A stretch of 64,000 nt of DNA from Octopus vulgaris (Eukaryota), in assembly GCA_951406725.2 (NCBI GenBank), contig OX597841.1:5518001-5582000 (forward strand), read 5' to 3'. The first letter of the stretch is position 1. The number at the start of each line of letters is the position of its first letter. This document shows positions 1 to 12,869 of the stretch, in pieces. Made by a program: the position numbers and the translations under genes. The notes under the pieces were generated by a model. That model ran no database searches and was not told the origin of the DNA. It was given only the letters and a program-made list of their open reading frames with translations.

Positions 1-172
1 TTAAAATCGTAGACTCATCGTTAACGCGCGCTAATAGTCAGACGGGCTCGATATGAATCACGACTATAAGATACCCGAATTTGGTTAAACTGCACCGCAA
101 AATGTGGGAGGAGTTAGAAATCTAAATCGAAGGGGACAGACATTCACACAACTACAGTTTTATATATATAGA
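1..172 (-). mobile_element. Non-autonomous Helitron, 5' part (cut by window edge)
   Basis: Reverse complement begins TCTATATATATAAAACTGTAGTTGTG and matches the 5' end of the complete element at 32220-32733. Confidence 0.75.
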
Positions 173-1569
173 TGAGTTCAGATTAGGCAGGGAATAATAT
201 TTTGATTTTTGGGGGCTTCATTTTTGAGAACTCCCTGAAAAGATGTGGTTAGGGTCACAGAACAATGATATAAACATTTTTGCAATTTCAATTCTGGTAA
301 CTCCCCAAACAGAAAGGATCCCGCATTTCTGTAGTTATGCCCTAAATTTACTGACAAAATATACATTATTAAACGATTAAAGGACTCAAAAGAAAATTAC
401 ACAAATCGGGTGTCGAAAGGGGAAATATCGTTTACCAAAAGGAAACCCGTTGTGAGGGAGGTCTTCCTGCTTGTCTTCAGGAATACTTAAAAAGCTGACA
501 AATGTCTGTAGATACAGACTAACCTTCCTATGGTTCAGTTTCTTGTCTTAGATATCACAGACCTCCGTTAACAAGTGTGCAACAAATGCTATGTAGATAT
601 ATTTTTTGACTTACCATTAGAATACTTGTTGTTCACCAGGATCCTTTCTTGAAATCCAGTTTGTTTTTCCCACCATGGATAGTAGAAATGCGCACAATAT
701 TTGCTACAACAGGCATACAAACAATTCGTGCTTTCGATCTAAGGTCCAAATGAAATATGAAGAAGGGCGAGCAAAGTTCCTCGATTGAAAGCTTTTTCCC
801 CCTTTCCTGTAAAATAGGGATCAACGAACTAAAGCTGTGATCAAGAGAATTATTAAATCACAAATCAGGTAAGTCGCTTCGTGTTATTCATAGAGAACAA
901 CGTTCACCTGAACACGAGGTATTACTACATCTGATCTAATTAGATTCGTCTTAATTAGAAGCACGTGTAGAAGCTGTTGATAATTATTCCCGCGTTTGAA
1001 CGACACCGGTGTCATATATTAAAAGTCCCCAATATAACACGAAGAGACGTTAAAATTATATTAATTCACACCTTTAATTGCATCTCACCCAAGGTAAATG
1101 ATAAAAACCTCATCCAGCTAAATAGTAATTACGTCTCAACAAGAGTGTCTTCGCATGGTCACTGAACCTGCTAAAAATAGCAGCCAAATATTTCTGACAT
1201 AATTACATCTTAGCATTAGAATGCATATATAATCGTTAGTTTGTTCATTAAACGGACATATGATTAGAAACACAGCAGGTGGTGTTCCCAACCTTTTATC
1301 AGGGGTCGCCAAACTTTTTCGACCATCGACCCTCAACTATAGCGAAGATCTAAACGGAGTCCTTCCCGGCTTTGAAATTTCTTTTTGTTTTTTTTCTCCG
1401 GAATCCCATGTTTTTAGGCCACGGAAATTTCGATTCTGGAAAAGATTTTTTCAACAATCCCAACATCAAAATTTCAGTCCCATATCCCTTTCCTTCGTTT
1501 TTTTACTTTATCCTGAAATAAAGGGGGAAGGGTTCCGTTTACGGCGTGCGGAAAGACAATGGACCGCAC

Positions 1570-2179
<610 letters not shown>

Positions 2180-2540
2180 TCAGCTATGGTCGTTCTCTTC
2201 CAACTGGAAATTAACCCCTGATCAACCCTAAATTATTAGACATTTTGGTCGTGGCCATCCCGCTTTGTTGTAAATCCAATACTGCATTGTTCAGTTTGAC
2301 TTTAAAACAAAATTCGGCTGCTATTTCTAACAGCTCGGAGGAAGATATCTCTTGACCGAAGTTGTACAAGGTCTGTGTTTGCTCCTTGTTATCAGTTTCT
2401 CCAAAGACCCAACTGAAATCTCGTCTTTAACTTCAGCTGAACAGTTCCCAGTCCCAAGACTGCCCTGGTCGTGCAGCCCTGATCAAAGGAGTTTATTTTT
2501 AACCAGACGTAAAGTAACCCTTTACTTCATAGAAACGTTT

Positions 2541-2757
2541 TATCAATCTTTCGTTTCTAGTAGACCTTTCCGTCGATTTCCGTAAAAAACTTTAATTTTT
2601 TTACATATGGGCTTGCGGGAACTTTTGAAGTAATGAGAGCGAAAGAGACTAAGAAAAAGCGATGGTATGACGAGGGAAGTTCTTTTGAAGTTACCGTGCA
2701 TGGGAAGCATTGATGTACATGTGTGTGTGTGTGTGTGTTTGATGGGGTGTGGGAGAC
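2541..2757 (+). mobile_element. Left half of GG...CC TIR MITE (same family as 39966-40399)
   Basis: Near-identical to 39968-40190; truncated by a SINE-B fragment. Confidence 0.7.
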
Positions 2758-3166
2758 AGAAAGTATCGACCCCGAAAGGATGAAAGGCAAAGTCAACCTC
2801 GGCGGAAATTGAACTCAGAACGTAACGGCAGACGAAATACGGCTTCGCATTTCGAAATACGGCTTCGCATTTCGCCCGGCGCGCTAATGTTTCTGCCAGC
2901 TCGCAGCGTTAAGATAGCAAAATATATCTGACATCGTTTCAATAGCACTGAGAGGAAAAGGGGCTCAAACAGGGGTCAGCTTCTATCGCACTGCCATTTG
3001 AACTCAGAACGTAACGGCAGACGAAATACGGCTTTGCATTTCGCCCGGCGCGCTAATGTTTCTGCCAGCTCGCAGCGTTAAGATAGCAAAATATATCTGA
3101 CATCGTTTCAATAGCACTGAGAGGAAAAGGGGCTCAAACAGGGGTCAGCTTCTATCGCACTGCCAT
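2758..3166 (-). mobile_element. SINE-B 5' halves with tandem duplication including flank
   Basis: Reverse complement of the tRNA-like SINE-B head. Segment ~2810-2996 repeats at ~2997-3166 together with unique flanking sequence. Confidence 0.8.
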
Positions 3167-3169
3167 ACA

Positions 3170-3387
3170 GCACACGCATGCGCACTAAGCTTGCTTCCGT
3201 TTATTTCTTCACTTCCCAATTTTTGCCTCCTTAATGAATTCCTTTTAATCAAGCACCATGCACAGTAATTAAGCATTTATCGTCCACTGCACACGCTTTT
3301 ATAATACATTTTTCAGCAGTTCTATTCACAACTACCATACACACACACACGCAGTTATAACAACACTGTCCTTTATAAAACATTTCC
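3170..3387 (+). promoter_or_regulatory. Promoter and non-coding exon 1 of ZNF1 (NRF1-like ACGCATGCGCA, ETS-like CTTCCG)
   Basis: Module conserved in five paralogous copies and ends at a GTAAGT donor (3388). Transcript structure is inferred. Confidence 0.6.
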
Positions 3388-3431
3388 GTAAGTATTCAAC
3401 AATGAAAATATTTCATCTTTAGTCATTTGTT

Positions 3432-3783
3432 GGCATTCTTTCGATATAACTCGACGAAACCGAAACATTTCACTTCGGGTGTTTCCGTGGGTTGTGGAGT
3501 ATAGATATAACGAAATTATGCCAGCAAGGCGATCCTTCGAAACGTTTCACTTCGGGTGTTTCCGTGGGTTGTGGAGTTTAGATATAACGAAATTATGCCA
3601 GCAATGTCTCATTTTAAGCTTGAAGAAAAAAAAGCCTCGCATATTTAGTTCTTATCTGTTTCATGGGTGGATGTAAAATCCGCAAATTTCCAAGCAGAAA
3701 ACAAGATCGAACTCTCATTTGCTTCCACGGAAACACCCGAAGTGAAGTGCTTTGATTTTGTCGAGTTATATCGAAGGAATGCC
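3432..3783. mobile_element. MITE with GG...CC termini and 8-bp TSD (Merlin-like)
   Basis: TIR GGCATTCTTTCGATATAACTCGAC / GTCGAGTTATATCGAAGGAATGCC. Flanks CATTTGTT / TATTTGTT. Empty site in the paralog near 11910. Confidence 0.8.
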
Positions 3784-3989
3784 TATTTGTTTTTGACGAA
3801 TCGATTCTTTGTGTCTGCCGTATCCTTTATACATGAAACTAGTCTGATTTGAGCGTGATTTGGCTGCTGTTTCTGGCTACGAAACCTATTTTGTTGACCG
3901 TCCATCGTTGCCGCATTTGTACGTTTTTGATTTAGTTTGAGAAATATTTTGTATTACACTTCAGTCACCCTATTTTAATTTGGTTTCGA

Positions 3990-4860
3990 CCCGAGCAAAA
4001 AAAAAAAAAAAAAAAAATAGTGCAATAGGTGTATAACAATATATAGTAAACGAATATTTTAAAAAATCTGCACTGGCGAACGGGGGTCGGGGGAGAGGAC
4101 TCGGAAAATTCACATGGAGAATGTTCCGAGTCCTCTCACCACTTCACCGTCCGTCGTCGAAATTTTTTTCTTCATATTCGTTTAATACACTTTATTTTAC
4201 ACCTAGTACACTAATTTTTGGGGTTTTTTTTCAATTTTTGTGACAGGGGGTTGGTGGGGTGCGGACTCGAATAATTCACACGATCCAGTGACTCTGGTCG
4301 AACACTGGAGTTTAAAGGTCAACGTCTGAATTTTCCGAGTCCTCTCCACCGCCCCACCCCCGTTCGCAAGCTCGCATTGTTTGTTTGTTTTTGATGTTTT
4401 TGATGTTTTTTTCATATTCGGGCGATCCTTCGGTATAGGTACCGTACGTACCGGAAGTGGCTTTCTTTACATTTCTGAAGATAACAGAAACCCTTTTCTC
4501 CTACCCCTAACCCTAACACAAACCCTAACCCCCCCCCATACATATATAAAAAATGTCATGAAATGTATCCAGTACTTCCGGTACCTATACCGAAGTTACG
4601 CCCATATTCGTTTACTACCTGTTGTGTTACACCTATTACACTATTTCTTTTCTCATTTTCGTGACCAGGTGGGGTTACTGGATCGTGTGAATTATCTGAG
4701 TCTCGCACCCCACCCGAACACAATTTTTTTTTTTTTAAATAAGTGCACTAGGTGTAAAATAAACATGTAATAAACAAATATGAAGCAAAAAAAGAAAAAT
4801 TCGCCAACGGACTGAGAAGTGGTGAGAGGACTCGGAACATCCCCGATGTGAATTTTCCAA
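3990..4860. repeat. Nested inverted-repeat remnants (old MITE-like family)
   Basis: GAGAGGACTCGGAAAATTCAC-type motifs recur in both orientations. 4100-4215 is the reverse complement of ~4740-4855, and a related piece lies at ~47320-47390. Confidence 0.5.
4421..4602. mobile_element. MITE with GG...CC termini and perfect 8-bp TSD (Merlin-like)
   Basis: TIR GGCGATCCTTCGGTATAGGTACCG / CCGGTACCTATACCGAAGTTACGCC. TSD CATATTCG at 4413-4420 and 4603-4610. Confidence 0.85.
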
Positions 4861-5033
4861 GTCAAACCGTTCAACAGTTACCAGCATGGAAAATGTGTTC
4901 TATCATGGTGATGATGACATTTTTGGATAGAGTGTCTTCAATCATGTTTGTCCAGTCAAAGCTGACCTGGGGCTGAATAACCATGTCCAATTATATTTCT
5001 GGAAAGAGAAATTTATTGTTGACTGTTTTGTAG

Positions 5034-5077
<44 letters not shown>

Positions 5078-5080
5078 GTA

Positions 5081-5492
5081 TATAATTTACAAGATAAGGG
5101 CAAAAGAAAAATTTAATGCCGAAAAAAAGACAATAATTGTCAATAAACCATTATAATTTATGTGTCTCGAAACAAACCGATAGAAATCTCTAAAAAATTT
5201 CAGCGTATTTGCCGCTGAAGAGGGGAAAATTTCTTACGAGTTAACCCCGAAATTGGACCAATACGGTAATAACAAATCTTTTTGAGATTTCAATCGGTTT
5301 GTTTCAAGACGCATAAATTATAATGGTTTATTGACAATTATTGTCTTTTTTTTCGGCATATTTGGCATTAGAATTTTTCTTTTGCCCTTATCTTGTAAAT
5401 TATTTATAAATTTAACCTTTAAAGGTATTTTTTGATATGCTGGCCATTGATAAAATTTTTTTCCCGAAAAAAAAAATGTTATCCTACATTAG

Positions 5493-5495
<3 letters not shown>
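5081..5495 (+). mobile_element. Penelope-like terminal-repeat (pLTR) relic with inverted partial copy, in (TA)n
   Basis: 5083-5200 is the reverse complement of ~5272-5403, with a hammerhead between them. (TA)n lies on both sides, and the insert is absent at the paralogous site near 14085-14097. Confidence 0.7.
5209..5269 (+). ncRNA. Type I hammerhead ribozyme
   Basis: Stem I TTGCCG/CGGTAA; core CTGAAGA (5215-5221); stem II GGGG/CCCC; GAAA (5249-5252); stem III (A)TTG-GAC-CAA(T); predicted AUA cleavage after 5263. Confidence 0.8.
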
Positions 5496-5533
<38 letters not shown>

Positions 5534-6162
5534 TATAATGTTAACACAATGTGAAGGTGTATCTCTAGTTTACAAATGTGTATGCTTCTGTTATGTAGAT
5601 TTTAGTAAATTAAAATGTTCAGTCGTTAAAGTAAATATTTGTTCCTGCAATTAATCTCTATAGAAATGTTATCAATTTTCCACTATTAAATCTCTGATTT
5701 TCAATTAGCCTCTGTATTTTAATCTGATGTTTCTTTGTTATTTCAGATTAATAGATGGACTAACAGAAGATGCACCTTCAAGCCATTCCATCTTTTAAAG
5801 ACTGAATGTAAATGTTATATGGAAGAGACAGCTAGCATTATTTCTATGAATTCATTGTAAAATTCCAAAGACATTTTGCTCTGAACTGAGATTATCAGCA
5901 AAATTTCTGCCGTAATCTGGAGTGTATACCAAATGAGTTTTGTGTGCTCTAATTAAACTTGGAGAAATTTTCATAAGAGATTGTAGATAAAGGTAACATT
6001 GAACAGAAATACAGCAGCAGAAAAAGTTGTAAAGAATAAACAATAGAAACAAAATCAACAAGAAATATATAGAAATATAGAAATATTTTGATTTGAGAAG
6101 GGAAAAGTATTGCAAAAACGTCAAAAGCTTAAATTGATTTTTTCTTGAAGACATACCTTAAG

Positions 6163-8019
6163 ATGGAGGAAAACCATCATGTGACTTTAATATCTGAAAA
6201 GTCATTCTCCCAGAAAGGTAACCAGTTTAAACACAAGCGTATTCATACAGGGAAGAAACAATATGGATGTGATATCTGTGGCAAATCATTCTCTCAGAAT
6301 GGATACCTAACTAAACACAAACGTACTCATACAGGGGAGAAGCCATATCACTGTGATATCTGTGGCAAATCATTCTCTCAGAAAGGAAACCTAACTACAC
6401 ACAAACGTACTCATACAGGAGAGAAACCATATCGCTGTGATATCTGTGGTAAATCACTCTGTGAAAGTGATAAGTTAACTGAACACAAACGTATTCACAC
6501 AGGAGAGAAACCATATCACTGTGATATCTGTGGCAAATCCTTCTCTCGGAATGGAAGCCTAACTACACACAAACGTACTCATACAGGAGAGAAGCCATAT
6601 CACTGTGATATCTGTGGTAAATCATTCTCTGAAGGCAGTGCTCTGAATTCTCACAAGCGAATTCATACAGGGGAGAAACCATATTGCTGTAATATCTGTG
6701 GTAAATCATTCACTCAATGTTTTGACTTAACTAAACACAAACGAATTCATACAGGAGAGAAGCCGTATCACTGTGATGTCTGCGGTAAATCATTCTCTTT
6801 GACATCAAGCCTAACTACACACAAACGTATTCATACAGGAGAGAAACCATATAAGTGTGGCATCTGTGGTAAATCTTTCACCCGAAATAATACGTTAACT
6901 GCTCACAAACGGATTCATACGGGAGAGAAGCCATATCAGTGTGATATCTGTAGTAAATCATTTTCTCGATATGAATGCTTCACTTTACACAAGCGTCTAC
7001 ATACAGGAGAAAAACCATATCAGTGTAATATCTGTGGTAAAACATTCACTTCAACTTCTCAGTTACGATCACACAAACGTATTCATACAGGAGAGAGGCC
7101 TTATCACTGTGATATATGCGGTAAATCATTCCATAAAAGTAATGCTTTAAAAGTACATAAATCTATTCATACAGGAGAGAAGCCATATAACTGTGATATC
7201 TGTGGTAAATCATTCTGTCAAAAGGTTGATTTAAATAAACATAGGCGTATTCACACAGGTGAGAAGCCATACAGTTGTGATATCTGTGGTAAATCATTTT
7301 CTCAAAATATTCACTTAACATCTCACCAACGTATTCATACAGGAGAGAAGCCATATCAGTGTAATATCTGTGGTAAATCATTCTCTGGAAGCAGTGCTTT
7401 GAATTCTCACAAACGTATTCATACAGGAGAGAAGCCATACCAGTGTGATATCTGCAATAAATATTTTTTGCGCTCTGACTATTTGACTATTCACAAACGT
7501 ATTCATACAGGAGAGAAACCATTTCAGTGTGATGTCTGTAAGAAGTCATTCTCTGACAGAACTAGATTAAGAACACACAAGTATATTCATACAGGAAAGA
7601 AGCCATACCAGTGTGATATTTGTGGGAAGTCATTCTCTCAAAGTAGTAATTTGATGACACACAAGCGTAGTCACACAGGGGAGAAGCCATATCGGTGTAA
7701 TATCTGCAGTAAATCATTCTCTGTAAGTTCTAGCTTAACAATACATAGACGTATTCATACAGGAGAGAAACCATTTCAGTGTGATATTTGTAAGAAGTCA
7801 TTCTCTGACAGTAGTAGTTTAAAAGCACACAAGTGTAGTCACACTGGTGAGAAACCATATCAGTGCAATATCTGTGGTAAATCATTCTCTTTTAGTAGTA
7901 ACTTAACAATACATAAACGTACTCATACAGGGGAGAAGCCTTATAAATGTGATATTTGTAGCAGATCATTTTCTCAACTTAGTAATTTAAGATTACACAA
8001 ATGTCCTCATACAGGATAG
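6163..8019 (+). CDS. Poly-C2H2 zinc-finger protein ZNF1 (~21 fingers, 618 aa)
   Basis: Uninterrupted CxxC-x12-HxxxH repeats with TGEKPY linkers. First ATG is 6163 (AAGATGG); the ORF-track start at 6145 is TTG. Putative intron 3388-5746; AATAAA at 8877. Confidence 0.92.
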   Translation: MEENHHVTLISEKSFSQKGNQFKHKRIHTGKKQYGCDICGKSFSQNGYLTKHKRTHTGEKPYHCDICGKSFSQKGNLTTHKRTHTGEKPYRCDICGKSLCESDKLTEHKRIHTGEKPYHCDICGKSFSRNGSLTTHKRTHTGEKPYHCDICGKSFSEGSALNSHKRIHTGEKPYCCNICGKSFTQCFDLTKHKRIHTGEKPYHCDVCGKSFSLTSSLTTHKRIHTGEKPYKCGICGKSFTRNNTLTAHKRIHTGEKPYQCDICSKSFSRYECFTLHKRLHTGEKPYQCNICGKTFTSTSQLRSHKRIHTGERPYHCDICGKSFHKSNALKVHKSIHTGEKPYNCDICGKSFCQKVDLNKHRRIHTGEKPYSCDICGKSFSQNIHLTSHQRIHTGEKPYQCNICGKSFSGSSALNSHKRIHTGEKPYQCDICNKYFLRSDYLTIHKRIHTGEKPFQCDVCKKSFSDRTRLRTHKYIHTGKKPYQCDICGKSFSQSSNLMTHKRSHTGEKPYRCNICSKSFSVSSSLTIHRRIHTGEKPFQCDICKKSFSDSSSLKAHKCSHTGEKPYQCNICGKSFSFSSNLTIHKRTHTGEKPYKCDICSRSFSQLSNLRLHKCPHTG

Positions 8020-8126
8020 AAGCCACATCACTGATATTTGTGGTAAATCATTCTCTCAAAGTCATGGCTTATCTAGACACATATGTATCCAGGTGAAAGT
8101 GTAACTGTATCAATGTGGAACTTCTT

Positions 8127-8496
8127 TATTTCATATAATTTGACACAAGGGCATCACACAGATGGATGCTTCGCGGGCTGGACACGGACATTGATGGTAT
8201 GAATGATGGTGGTGCAAAAAGGATGATGATGGGAGAAGACGAAAAGCGCCCGCTGACTTTTACTTCTCTAAAACAATGTTCTTTTTTCCCTTTTCCACAA
8301 AGACACAATGAGGCAATAAACCTCTTACTTAACACAATGTTCAGAATTCTTTTTTCTTTTGTTTTAAAACACACAAAAAGTCACATGTTTCACATTTTCT
8401 AGACTCGTTCAGGTTATCCGGCCGAGCAGTATCCTTGCTTCATTGAAGCATGCACCCGGTTCCAGGCCGGACCACACAAGTATATATTTATAGGAG
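8127..8496 (-). mobile_element. 5'-truncated non-LTR retroelement in ZNF1 3' UTR
   Basis: 16-bp TSD CAATGTGGAACTTCTT at 8111 and 8497. Absent from paralogous UTRs (e.g. near 17540). Minus-strand end reads CCCTTGTG...AAATAAAG. Confidence 0.7.
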
Positions 8497-9354
8497 CAAT
8501 GTGGAACTTCTTAACAACCAAAAAACATTTAAGTACCCACCTGAAATGATGTGGGCTTAGCTTTGTGAACTTTACCCATGACAACAACCAAGCCACCCAT
8601 CATTAGCTCTCTTTCTGAGGTTGTCTTTTACAGCTCTTTGAACTTTTAATGATGCCAACCTTTTTTTAGTTACTGCTTACCACATGAAGGAATATGGTTT
8701 AGTGTCAAATTTCTTTCTTCCTATGAAAATTTAAAAACAAACACCGTCTTCTATAATTAAATGTATGTACATTGGAAAAGAAATATAACAGTGTGTGATA
8801 AGAGCCTTCCCACACTCTATGTTTTATATTAACTCAACTAAACACTGTTGAGATAACTTACCTCTGTAATAGTTTTAATAAAAGCAATTTCCTCCAGATT
8901 TTGAATTTGTTTTGAGTGTGTTGAAACCAATATTGTTATATTTGGGAAGAATCAATTGGTAAAGTCTATAAACCAGGCATGTGTTAACAGTAATTACTCA
9001 GGGTCGGCAGTAGGTGATGCTAATGTAAAACAAGGAAAAATAAGGCGTGCAACCATGTTGGAGGCAGATTTAATTCTACCTATATAGTATGTAAGGAAAA
9101 CAATGTTGGAGGAATGTACATAGCATATGTATGGCTTTGATGCTGCAATTGAAAGGTAGGGGCAAATTATGGCCACCTGATCTACAAAAAAATAAATTAT
9201 ATTGTCTTTTATGCATAGTAATCAGAGTAACCCTCTTGATTTTATTGAATTTGGTGCATGTTTTGCCATAAAAGGAAACTATTATTATCGATCTATTTTA
9301 TTCAGGGTAGACACTGCCTACCCAGGCGGCACATCCCTGCCATAAACATGTTCA

Positions 9355-9570
9355 CCTCTTTCTTGTTTCAGTCATTTGACTGTGAAAATGCTTGAACACC
9401 AACTTAGGTTTTAGTCAAACACATCGACCCCAGGGTTTATTCTTTGTAAGCCTTGCAATTGTTTTATTAGTCTGTTTTGCTGAACCATTAAGTTACGGAG
9501 GTGTAAGCATACCACCACTTGTCAGGCAATGGTGGTAGGGATAAACATATATATATATATACACACGTGA
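9355..9570 (-). mobile_element. SINE-A 3' half, diverged
   Basis: Similar to the 3' arm of the complete copies, e.g. 34910-35095. Confidence 0.7.
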
Positions 9571-10040
9571 AATCAGTGCCAGTGACACGTAAGAGAACCA
9601 TCCGAATGTGGCCGTAGCCAGTGCCGGTGGCACGTGAGAGAACCATCCGAACGTGGCCGTAGCCAGCACCAGATCGACTGGCCTCCGTGCCGGTGGCACA
9701 TAACAAACACCATCCGATTGTGGCCGTTGCAAGCCTCGTCCAGTCTCCGTGCCAGTGGCACGTAAAAACTACCATCCATGCGTGGCTGTTCGCCAACCTC
9801 GTCTAGCACCTGTGTCGGTGGCATGTAAAAAGCACCATCCAAGCGTGGCCATTCGCCTGTGTCGGTGGCACGTAAAAAGTACCCACTACACTCACGGAGT
9901 GGTTGGCATTAGGAAGGGCATCAAGCTGTAGAAACACTGCCAGATCTGACTGGCCTGGTGCAGCCTTCGGGCTTCCTAGACCCCAGTTGAACCGTCCAAC
10001 CCATGCTAGCATGGAAAGCGGGCGTTAAACGATGATGATG
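9571..10040 (+). mobile_element. RTE LINE 3' UTR fragment with (ATG)n tail
   Basis: Matches 58890-59535, which follows an RTE-type RT ORF. Confidence 0.8.
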
Positions 10041-10629
10041 ACATACATACACACACACACACATATATATATCAATTAAAAAAAAAACACCTATCAATTC
10101 AATAATGAAAAATTAATTTACACAATCTAGAAAATTGCATATTATAGAAAGATTAAATATAAGATAAAACATATAACGATGATTAAGTAAAGTGCAAAAT
10201 AATAAATAAAACGTAAATGCATGGGCGACTGCTGGTCTTCCATAAACAACCTTGCTTGGACTTGTACCTGAGAGGGTAACTTTCTAGGTGCAATCATTCG
10301 GTCAGTCATGACCGAAGGGGGTCTCAGCATCTATGGCTTACTACTACAATGAGAACGTGTACACACTTACTCAACAAGAAATTAACTCTCTTAACCTCGT
10401 ATGCTTTTCCATTTACTAATTGTACAGATCAACCCATTGTGGTTTTGACTACATACTAAGTTACGATGAATAAATTTTTGTTTACAATTTCGATCAATGT
10501 TCTTCTGTCATCTTACTCATCTGCAACATCAACACCCGTTGCAATCGCTAACTGCCGACTCCAACAATCACCACAAATTACCGTTACAATTTTACAATTG
10601 GTAATCATTGACTCCACCTAACAATACCA

Positions 10630-11317
10630 ATTTCTTTATTACCCTCAAGGGGCTAAACATAGAGGGGACTGACAAACGGGTTAAGTCGATTACATCGACC
10701 CCAGTGCGAAACTGGTACTTAATTTATGCTATTGAAACGATGTAATATATATTTTGCCATCTTAAGGTGGAGAGCTGGTAGAAAGGTTAGCACATCGGGC
10801 GAAATCCTTAGCGGTATTTCGTCTGCCGTTACGTTGTGAGTTCAAATTCCGCCGAATTCGACTTTACCTTTCATCCTTTCGGGGTCGATAAATTAAGTCC
10901 CAGTTACGCACGGGAGTCGATGTAATCGACTTAATACCTATGTCTGTCCTTGTTTGTCCCCTCTGTGTTTAGCCCCTTGTGGGTAATAAAGAAATAGGTA
11001 TTTTGTCTGCCGTTACGTTCTGAATTCAAATTCCGCCGAATTCGACTTTACCTTTCATCCTTTCGGGGTCGATAAATTAAGTACCAGTTACGCACTGGAG
11101 TCGATGTAATCGACTTAATACCTATGTCTGTCCTTGTTTGTCCCTTCTATGTTTAGCCCCTTGTGGGTAATAAAGAAATAGGTACTTAATTTATCGACCC
11201 CGAAAGGATGAAAGGTAAAGTCGACCTCGGCGGAATTTTAACTCAGAACGTAACGGCAGACGAAATACGGCTACGCATTTCACCCGGCGTGCTAACGATT
11301 CTGCCAGCTCGCCGCCT
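10630..11317. mobile_element. SINE-B composite: plus-strand dimer nested in a minus-strand copy
   Basis: Duplicated GGTACTTAATTTAT at 10714 and 11181 brackets the inner dimer plus ~36 bp of captured flank. Confidence 0.8.
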
Positions 11318-11639
11318 CCCAGATGGCAAAATATATCTGACATCGTTTCAATTGCACCTCCCCCCCATATGTAAAAAAACCCACTTTCTTGAAATGTATC
11401 CGGTACTTATACCGAAGTTACGCCACTATTAATATATGGCATAGAAAATTCCCCAAAATAAAATAGTCATAAAGCCATGGGGTACTTAAATCGGAACTCC
11501 ATCGATTAACTGATTTATTATTTAACTCAGACAGATTATGGGGTACCACATTGTAGTTTGCCTGGAGGAAAAAATATTTGTGACATCTTTTCAAAAGGAA
11601 TGAGAGAAAAAGAACTGAAGCAAGAGTGAGCGGCTGGAA

Positions 11640-11861
11640 AGCGGTAATACGACATACGCATGCGCACTGAAATGTATTCCCTTTAATTGATCGCTTCAAA
11701 ACTTTTCACTGTTTAATGAATTCCTTTCAAAGAAGCAACATTCACAGTTATTTGAACATTTCTCGTCCACCACAAACACTGGTATAATACATTTATCAAC
11801 AATTCTACACACTTAAAGTATATTTCACAACTACTACACACAGAGTTATAACAACATTTCT
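11640..11861 (+). promoter_or_regulatory. Promoter and exon 1 of ZNF2
   Basis: ACGCATGCGCA near 11656 and GTAAGT donor at 11862. Paralogous to 3170-3387. Confidence 0.6.
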
Positions 11862-12199
11862 GTAAGTATAATTAAACAATGAAAATATTTCGTCTTTTAA
11901 TATTGTAGTCATTTGTTTTTGACGACTCGGTTCTTTGTGTCTGTCCTACATTTTATACATGAAATTTGCCTACTTTCTGCGTGATTTGGCTGCTATTTCT
12001 GGCTACGAAACCTATTTTGTTGACTGTCCATCGTTGCCAACATTGTTCTGTGATTTATTGGTCGAATTAATCTTCCCTGCACGCCTTCCTACATCTTAGC
12101 ACCACTACTATTTATCCCACTACTATAACAGCTCAAAATATTTGAACTAATTTGTTTATCATATTTCATATGGTTGTCCATTGTGATTTCCATCAAACT

Positions 12200-12630
12200 A
12201 TTACATTTTTTTTTTTCGTTTTTGGATTTGGTTTGCAAGATTCTTTATATGAGTTGGTGTGTTGAAGCATATTCTGTTGTGTCTGGGGAGAGTCATTTTC
12301 TTTTTGTGCCTTATAATATAACACACTCACCGGGAAAATTTCCACTTTTCTTTCTTATTTTGATCTCCTGGGGCTAAAAGCATCAGTAACACCCCACCCC
12401 CAGTGGCTAGCCACATTCAGATGGCTAGTACACTTTACATTGTCGAGCGGTTACTGTTTATATCTCGTTCAGAGATTTATTAATGCTTTCTTATTTTTAT
12501 TTTCCTAAAATTTTCGTTGCGTCTTGCAACCTTTTCAAATATTTTGACTCTGTCCGTTATTTACGATGCGTTCCTGTTTGTTTGTTTGTGTGTGTGTGTG
12601 CCTATGCATGTACGTATGTATGTATGTGTG
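12200..12630 (+). repeat. Unclassified interspersed repeat ending in GT/TATG microsatellite, interrupted by half a foldback element (12362-12482)
   Basis: Matches 36645-36840 and, inverted, 39060-39190 and 39820-39935. Confidence 0.65.
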
Positions 12631-12634
12631 TGAG

Positions 12635-12869
12635 TCCAGTTTGCTGGACATTGTTGCAGAGCTGAAAAAGAAGTAATTTCTACTCTTCTTATCTGGAAGC
12701 CATCTACTCGCAATACCAGAGGGCGCACACTATCCTACCCTGATGTAATCTCCAGGGATACAGGCATCCAGCAACAGGACCTCCGTAATGCCATGATGGA
12801 CCGTGAAGTCTGGCGTAGCATGGTAAATTCCATTGTCTCGACCACGGTCGAACAATGATGATGATGATG
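12635..12869 (+). mobile_element. LINE 3' end with (ATG)n tail (RTE-like, second family)
   Basis: Degenerate C-terminal coding remnant followed by ACAATGATGATGATGATG. Confidence 0.5.

Noticed and set aside
180-1560. Short ORFs and a hAT-like CAGGGGTCGCCAAAC end near 1290
   Set aside because: No recognisable domain, and no matching second terminus or TSD.
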